Of a stretch of 64,000 bases of DNA, positions 54,101 through 64,000 are shown in pieces. The DNA is taken from the NCBI GenBank assembly GCA_964016885.1, contig OZ024743.1, forward strand, positions 288,300,001-288,364,000. Direction: 5' to 3'. Within the stretch, counting starts at the first letter, position 1, and every line of letters begins with the position of its first letter. Below the pieces are notes generated by a model. The model worked only from the letters and a program-made list of their open reading frames with translations. It was not told the DNA's origin and ran no database searches. The DNA comes from Eledone cirrhosa. Lineage: Eukaryota. A program made the translations under genes and the position numbers.

Positions 54101-54105
<5 letters not shown>
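53560..54105 (-). mobile_element. Probable non-autonomous Helitron/DINE-like fragment
   Basis: Repeated ttgaac.aa..ggttga..aatgtgggagctagagcc, the motif ccgattttcatgaaactt, and a microsatellite-containing end. Confidence 0.4.
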
Positions 54106-54162
<57 letters not shown>

Positions 54163-57100
54163 GAGAATTGGCAGTCAATCAGTTAGAATGCCTTGCGTTA
54201 TTTGTCTCGTCTCACAGTTATCAAAGTTGAAATCCCACCGATGACGCCTTGTACATGGAGAAATGGAAATATATATATATATACTGGTATATACCTGTCT
54301 ATAGTAGCACCAATAGCTCTGTTAGAATTTAATGTAGTACAGAGAAAACAGCGGAATTCATGAGGTTGTTGGTGGTGGAAGTATGACTGCAGGGGACACC
54401 CCAGATAAGACGCCTACCCTCTCGGACCACGAAGATTATGATGTCATCTGATTTTTTGACGTGGATTCAGTTGTGTGGGAAGCCACCTGCGTTGCAGACA
54501 CGCCTATCAATCTCTTTCAGAACAGCATGTTGTTAAAGGTCACTGTTACTGAGGTGGTCTGACAACGAGTGAAGTCCAAAGGCATTTACTGTGGCCCCGA
54601 AATGGCATTTGTGCTGTCACCAGATTCGTTCGCAGATGCTAAGTACCGGTTGACCGCGATGGTATGACGATCAGTCAGGCAGCTAAATTATTTACCCACA
54701 CTTCAGCATACGTAGCAATTTACTGACTCCACAATAATGACAAACAAAGTGAACAATGTGTGTTCAAAACCACGGACAATGCGGGTTTACTCTACTATAA
54801 TTTTGGTTTTTGGCATTTGGAAAGAGGGATATTGTAGTTTAGACCAACCTTAGTAATCAACAGGTAGATATTCAATCGACCCGAAATTTAGATGAATGAC
54901 GTGGACCTTAATATGCTTTAAATTAAGAGTATGGCTACGTAACTAAATGTTGCAAGGCATTTTGTCAGTCTTTGTGCCAATTTAGTCAGTTCATCACCAG
55001 TTTCAATTATTTTCAATAATAAATCAAAACCATTAATTTGTGGAAATTGATTCATTCAATTACAACATGCTAATGATCTTCATTGCATCGATCACAGACA
55101 GACGGAAACACAAAGTTGAACCTTACAGAATATGAACTCAAAATGAAGGGAGAGAAAAACGAAGAGTGAGAAATAAATCTTGTGTGAGAGACTGAATGAG
55201 GGAGATTAATCATTTATACGTCCGGTTATACATATTAGCATGGATCAGGCTGGGTGAAGGCCTGGTCATATCCAGGTTTTATGACATGAAAAACAGAGCA
55301 TGTGACTCCCTCTGAAGAACACGCCAGTCCGTCGGACGGCTATATTTTTGCTACAATAAATAGTCCTAGTTTTCAGTTGAGTGAACTCGAACTGCAGGAA
55401 ATTTCCTCGCACAAGGACACGATGATCCACCTAGTTTGCGAATCGAGTAGAGAAAGAAATATAAATACTCTAAATGACAACTTGTAGAATGTCGAATATA
55501 TTGGATTTTTGTGAGGCTTAGAAAATATAAAGATTTAGAACTTTCCTTTCATGAGAAAATTGAAGAACATGATGTTTCCTTGTGATCTCTGATGAAGAAC
55601 ATATGTCCAATATGCCAAATGTTCTCCATCTTACGAAATTGCATTTATTTGATATCCCACCAACTATGATTTTCATGTATCATTGTCGACAGAGAAAACT
55701 TAAGACATTTTTCGGATTTGGTATTTTACTTAAAATTGTGCAAATCATTATTTCGGCTTGCTAATCATCCTTGAAATAATTATAACTAGTGGGAGTTGAA
55801 CGTTTATAACGTTTAATTATGTTAAAGATGTTGACCATATCTTCGATTTCGTCCCATTGTTAAAGCTATTTAAAGCATAATACTCACATATATTTCCTTT
55901 GCATTAGATATTTTGATTAAGTGTGTGTGTGTGTTGTATATGGAACGTCTTTCAGTCAAGGATCTGTGGTTTACAGAAACCTGGTGGATCGAAAGAGTTA
56001 ATACTTAGGGTTATCAGTTTGTTGAATACATCGACCTTTCAAAAGCCTGATGTCTGTGGGAAAATTAATTTAAATGAACGATGTTCTTCGTAGATAAACG
56101 TTTTGTCTAAACAAAAATCTTACTTTTTCCATTGCTGTTCTTGTTAAATCCAAGGTCTGATCCTAAATGTTCTAGTGATATCTATGCTGTCTTCACTTTC
56201 TTCTTTTCCAATATATTATGATGGATTGTTTTTGTTTCTTGTTTTAGCTTATCATCAATGAGAATACACATTCTAAGAAACGTTCAGAACTCATGTTAAA
56301 AAGAATTCCATGAAAGTCTATATTACCTTTAATAAGTCAGATGCATTAATCGTGTTTTACTTCAATGCTATATTGCAGTACAGATTCAATGGTATATTGT
56401 AGTAGAGAACATATCTATTTATTGTTAGCCAACATAAGTTGTATAGACAGATGTACAAATCTTGTTTGTATATAAAGAAATCACTGTTATCACACGAGAA
56501 AATAAATAATCGAAATAGCTGTCAAAAATGCGTCATATATGCAGATTGGTCTAATTTACTTAAAACCTTGCGTAATAGAGGCATTACAAGCAACATAACC
56601 GTAGACAGGTAAAGAAGGTGCTCAACCATTGATGAAATCCCAACACAAGTTTGAAACTAGTCTGGCTGATGTCTCTTTTCTGTCCTTGAATATGTTGTGT
56701 GTAAAGACAAGTTGTTTACATTTGTCTATACATATAGTTTTGGCTAGATATTTATAGATGTATTCTGTAATACAGTACATCATTGAAACAGAACATTGGT
56801 AACGGGCTTGCAATATATTAATTGAACTAGCTGCAATGAATGTGTTAGACACCTCGACTCAGTCTAACACATTCATGGTAACAGAAGGTTTATACGCAAT
56901 ATGTCTGTGGATGGTTTAGAGTGTATTCAGTCATTGTCAAAATCCAAACACTGAATTGAGGTCAGTTCGGCTACTCCTCATTTTTACTATCCACGAGGAT
57001 ACAGTATATAAAGACAAAATGCTCACAGATCGGCAACAGGTGGGCTGTGGTTCACAAGTGTGCCATTGGATTTCAGATCCTTCTCTAAGTTTTATATGTA

Positions 57101-58594
57101 TGAGATATATACATATGGGCGAAAAACCAATTTATTGATATACTGTTGGTTAAAAAAACAAAACAAAACAATCTATAGAATTACTGTTTAGAAGAGTAAA
57201 ACAATTATCTTTGAATAATTTTGTTGAATGGTATCTTAAATTGTAAAATGTGCCTGATGCTGTATGTTATCAGAATGAACACTTTTATATCTCTCTCTAG
57301 GCTTGATTTTCTCTCGTCTCATACTGATGTTCTGAGTGTAATTTCTCCCGAAGCAGCACGGTAACCTTGAGAGTCTAAACAAAAGAGTAAGCTTGGAAGG
57401 TTACCATTATTTTCCATGTACGTACAGGGTGTGTAATTTGAACTCATAATACAAGGAGCCGGTATAGATACCACAAATCATCTTATCCGACGCTCTAACA
57501 ATTCATTTAATATTCCACCCTTGACTAGTTCTATATCTATCAATCCCGAATGGATGAAAAAGAAAGTTGACCTCGGCAGAACGACCATCACAAATATTTG
57601 GTCCGACGCACCCAGACTGCTTTGAATTCATCTCCTTGACGATCAAGTAAAGAAAAAACATACATAAACAACAATATTAATAATTGAAATGGTTAATTAA
57701 CTAATTAGTTAATTGATAATAATAGAAATAATAATAATGATGTTTGTGTTGATTTTTTGCATTTTTTTTAATATTCATGCAATACGTATCCTACGTATGT
57801 TTGTTAATAATTTTATTTGTGTAAAAAAAAAATAAAAATAAAATAAAACAACATGCGTACGTATGAAGACAAAAAAGTATGAATAATTGTTTTTTTTGTT
57901 TTAGTTTTTTGTAGGTTTTGTTTTTACCAGTTCATATATAATTAACTGTCTGTCCTTGCATGTAATGGCGATGTTGTTGATTCTATTCGTTTACTAGTTT
58001 CAGTCATTAGACTGCGACCATGTTGTGTATATATACATATATGCATAATTGTACATATGTATGTGTGTATGTGCATATGTCTTTTCTTGTGCATCAATGC
58101 AATTATATGCATAGATTTATTGTTTGTTAATGGTTCTTGTCATTGTTGTTTTTGTTTTTGTGGTATCTATTATGTTTAAGCAAAATAAGGGATTTAGGAG
58201 AAATGCTAAGAAGAAACACAGAGAAATTAGGAGAGAGATAAAGGGAGAGGGAGAGGATGTGTGTGAGTGAGTGATACTGGATGATTTCAAGAAGTTGAAT
58301 AAGTATGTATGTGGGGAAGGAGTTTGTGAGTGTGAATTTGAATTTCAGTTTCAGTTTTGTATTTAGATGTAGTTTTAGTTTCAGTGTGAATTTGAATTTC
58401 CAGTGGAAAATTTTAGAGGTTGAGGTTAGGTGTAAACTTGAGCCTAGGTCTGAGTGTGTAATTGAGTATCAATTTGCGATGCGGGAGAGAGCAAAGAGAA
58501 AATTTATGTAATTATGTAGCTTAAATACATACATACACACACATATATATATATATACAATCATACATATATACACATATATATACATACATAT

Positions 58595-58725
<131 letters not shown>

Positions 58726-59139
58726 ATATATATATATATGCGTGTGTGTGTGTGTATTTATACATTCTCCTTAATGTTTCCCTTTCATTATTGTATGGGT
58801 GCAAGTTTATGTGTGTGTATTGTATGTGCGCGTGTATGTATTCAATTCATTCAATTTTTAGGTTTTTATATTTGTCTTTATTTCAAGTTCAAACGTTTTA
58901 TATAGTTCGTTCTCCAAATTACAGAAGAGAAATTTCTTCGCTGAATATCGAGCTTGATACTTTGTTTGTTTTTCATCGTTCTTTCATTTTTAACCATTTT
59001 ATTTCTTCACTTCTTCGACGTTTCTATCATCGTGTTGTTCATTTTTTTTAAACTCTTTCTTTTTTCTTTATTCATAATAATGTTGTTGAAAAAATCCATT
59101 CACATAATTGTAATTGTTATTGTTGATACTACTGCTGTT

Positions 59140-60110
<971 letters not shown>

Positions 60111-60123
60111 TAATAATTATAAT

Positions 60124-60211
<88 letters not shown>

Positions 60212-60365
60212 TTTAATCAGGAAACTTCTTTGTTAACTTTCAAACACTTCTATGGTGCAACGTTTTATTATTATTCTTTTCTTTCTTCTTTTTTTTGCAA
60301 GTTATCTTTTCCTAAATGTTGTGTTATAAAAGGAAACTCCTGATAAATTTCTCACTGAAACCATC

Positions 60366-60431
<66 letters not shown>

Positions 60432-61105
60432 TAATATTGTCATTGTCATCGCCACAGTTTTAATGTTCGTTTTGTTTCTCTGTTGTTGTCTTTGTTAGTG
60501 TTGTTTTTTGTTGTTTTGATTTATTTACTTTCGTTCTGCAACATTATGTTTTTCTTTATTAAAATGTCATATTGTTTTTATACTGTTCGCAAATGTTCTG
60601 CATATGAGCTGAACCATTGCTTTCAATGTTTATATATATTTGCGCACACGTGTGCGTTTGTTTGGTTGAGTTTGCTTGTGTCATTGTGTGTATGTGTATA
60701 TGTATGTGTGTGCGTGTGTATGTGTTTATATGTGTGCGTTTGTGTTTGTGAGATAATTGCAGTAACAACAACATAAACGTTCGCTGCAATTCTAAGTAAG
60801 AGCAGCAACAAAAGTTAGAAAATGAGTTGTTCAATCAGACAATGTGGTGTGTGCTAGTGTGTGAAAAACAAATTGTACTGTTCCTTTGCTTTTCTTTATC
60901 ATTTCTTTATCATTTTATTCCGTTTTTTTTTGTGTTCTGTGTTGCAGTTGCTACTTTTAATTTGTTTTGTATAATTGAACTTGTTATTTTTTGTTAGTAT
61001 TGTTATTGTTGTTGTTGAGGGTCTTTTTATTACAATTATGATTGTACTTTATTATATATTTTTTCTATTAGTTGATCCTGAGCCGCGGAGGGTGATATTA
61101 CAGAC

Positions 61106-61165
<60 letters not shown>

Positions 61166-61221
61166 ATAGTAGTAGTAGTAGTTATTGTAGTTGTTGTGGT
61201 AGTAGTGGTACTATTCTTGGG

Positions 61222-61325
61222 CTAAATCCGTCGTGGCTGTTGAGCAAACAAGACGCCCTGGTACATGATTCCGTTGATCTCCATACTGACCACCAGTGAA
61301 TTGTCAATCTCCGACCGACCGTCAT
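61222..61325 (-). CDS. ARID3: Last coding exon of an ARID3-family transcription factor (dead ringer/retained), REKLES-beta motif
   Basis: The acceptor tttcag is followed by (D)DGRSEIDNSLVVSMEINGIMYQGVLFAQQPRRI*, matching the ARID3 REKLES-beta pattern S.EING..Y.GVLFA. The exon starts in phase 1; upstream exons were not identified in the window. Confidence 0.88.
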
Positions 61326-61329
61326 CTGA

Positions 61330-61399
<70 letters not shown>

Positions 61400-61403
<4 letters not shown>

Positions 61404-61730
61404 CATGAAAATGGATTGATAATATTATAGAAGAAATAGATAGAAAAGCCACTGCATGGCCAATAAATCGCAAAGTTTGACATAAAATATCCATCAAGAA
61501 AATGGAGAAAATATTCAAATATAAAGATCTGGAGATAGAAATAATCCGAATGTCGATGTTGAAGGCAGAAATAATAAGGGCTCTGGGATTAATATATAAA
61601 CAGACAGACAAGTACATAACAAAAACCCAAGACTTACACAAATATACAGAACATAGCACTATTATGAAGAGTATTCTCAATACAATAGAAATAACAACTC
61701 CAAAAACAACACTGCACATACTCAAGGTAC
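61400..61730 (+). mobile_element. R4/Dong-like non-LTR retrotransposon 3' fragment (restriction-like endonuclease) next to (TAA)n
   Basis: EKIFKYKDLEIEIIRM..LKAEII..ALGLI resembles the RLE C-terminus EKxxKYxDLxxEIxRMW...GALG. Confidence 0.65.
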
Positions 61731-63251
61731 AGAGAACTGTGTTCGGTATTGCAGTAGCAACACGAAGATATTACTAATGATAATTTACTAGTGCATTACT
61801 GGTACTTTATTTTAACGACCATTAGGGCCCTAGATGATATGGACAGTATGAGAGTAAAATACAATGTCTATAACAGCGTCTGTAAATGTCTATATGTGTC
61901 TTTATGTGTCTGTAATCGTTACTTCATTCCTACCTTCTGTTTAACTCGTTGCTGTTTACAAGATGGAGTACGTTTATGAGTGAAGAGTAACAGGTGAATT
62001 ATATAAGTAGAAAGAAAGCAGCGACAGAGTTAAGTGAACAGCCGATACGAGAGAGCAAATTCTGCCTTTTGTTGGTAGGTGAAATATGAAATAGAAGGAG
62101 GGGGGTAGGGGGAGGGGGCATGAGAAAGAGGCGGTGAAGGGGGAGTAGACGACGATGACGACGTCGAAGAAGAAGAAGAAGAAGAAGAAGAAGAAGAAGA
62201 AGAAGAAGAAGAAGAAGAAGAAAGGGATACAAACAACGTTTTCTACAAAGAGATCGCAATTGTTTGATTCCCCCCAAAAGTAACAATTGATTTAAGTAAA
62301 CATGAAGTTCCATTCCAGTACGCCCTGGATATACTCTGTGGTGTGACATTCATGATTTTCTCAAAGGTGTCAGCAATAGAGGAGAATTTGATTTCAAGTA
62401 CTAAATTCCATTCCGGCTTTCTGACAATTTCGTCATTCCTTCTCCCAACGATATCATTCTCTCTCACAGACAAAACATAACAGAATATAAGGTGGCACTG
62501 ACTTTAATTAACTCCTTTCATACTCATGACCGCCGAAAATCGCCCTGGTTCTATAGTATAAAACTATTTGTTTTAAACATTTTAAACCATTTATATTTAC
62601 CTAAAAACTGTCCATCAAAGTTTTATGATCACATATTTGTTAAATTTTATTTCAAACAACTATTTGATAATGAGAAAGTTAGTTATATTACTAAATCCTT
62701 CCATTTCCTTGATTATATTCAAAACATGTGAAAATCATAGACATTGTCTTTCATTAGAAATGTGATAACGAATGGTTTAAATGTGCGAGTGTGTGTTTGT
62801 GTGGGTGCGTGTGTGGTTGCACGTGTATATGTGTATGTATGTGTGTGGACCTCACTATATTCATGGTATTCATTTAACGGAACTGCCAACGTATTTTGAC
62901 AGTTTTTCAAATATTTTGTCACGGAGGGAACAGCTGTACCAATGGCCTTTTTCAAGGCCTCGGACTCTTGAATGCTTGCAACCGCAAGGTGTTCTTCGCC
63001 ACTTTCTAACAACTGGTTCTCTAACTCTAACCACCTCTCTCTCTTTCCTTACTTTCCCCTCTCTCTCTGATTTGGGTTCCAATTCAGTCCAACGTTTTAT
63101 TAACTTTTCTCATTACTGTTCTTTCAACGTCATCATACTTCATGTGTGTTTTCTTGTAAATTCTCTCATCAGTTCCACCGCTATTCTTCTCTACCACATC
63201 TTACCCCTACTACAAGTAAACACACGCGTTTGCACACACACACATACACAC

Positions 63252-63341
<90 letters not shown>

Positions 63342-63767
63342 TTGTGTTTGTGTTTGTGTATGTATGCGCTTCTATGTATATATGTAAGTATGTGCATTTG
63401 TACGAAAGCATGTAGGGAATCAATATATAAAATGGCCGATGGTATAATCTAAGTTCAGCCTCGTTTTGAATTATCTCATGAGATTTGATTCCTTTCTTTC
63501 AAAAACGACACACACACAGTAATAAAACCTATTATGTTGCATTCTCTACGTTTCTTTTCACCATCTACTGTTATTTCCTCCACCGTACACAACTACTCAA
63601 TTTACTCTTCTAGTCCGTTATTGCCTATTCCTTAACTATTTAATAAATACTTTTCTACCTACTTCATTTGTAGCTTGGCTTCTCCTTCCCTCCTCTTGTT
63701 CTCCTCCTTCCTCCTTCTCTGTTTCTGTCTATGTATTTATATATCCAATTAAGTATCTCTCTCTTCC

Positions 63768-63943
<176 letters not shown>

Positions 63944-63966
63944 ATATATATATATGTATATATGTA

Positions 63967-64000
<34 letters not shown>

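Noticed and set aside
55500-57150. Possible decayed transposase
   Set aside because: Looks like eroded coding sequence, but I found no motif I can assign
62243-62473. Upstream ARID3 exon or small ORF
   Set aside because: No recognisable ARID or REKLES similarity and no convincing splice pair

Overview
Animal genomic DNA, most likely a cephalopod such as Octopus (inferred from the dominant tRNA-derived SINE and the extreme microsatellite load). About 61 kb is repeat-derived. The only host coding sequence I recognise is the last coding exon (REKLES-beta motif) of an ARID3/dead ringer gene on the minus strand at 61222-61325. Mobile elements: a near full-length Tx1-clade LINE plus a 5'-truncated second copy, both in (TATC)n; a young Naiad-type Penelope-like element (PLE) with an open RT+GIY-YIG frame and ~760-bp inverted termini in (TA)n; a truncated Neptune-like PLE; an internally deleted Helitron; RTE, CR1-like, R4/Dong-like and Tigger fragments; and a 3.8-kb 15-mer minisatellite. 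The most striking signal is about a dozen type I hammerhead ribozyme (HHR) or HHR-like motifs. They sit in PLE termini and in short fold-back elements within (TA)n, and several have non-canonical cores, including a U3-A8 covariation. All structures were folded by eye and none is experimentally verified.
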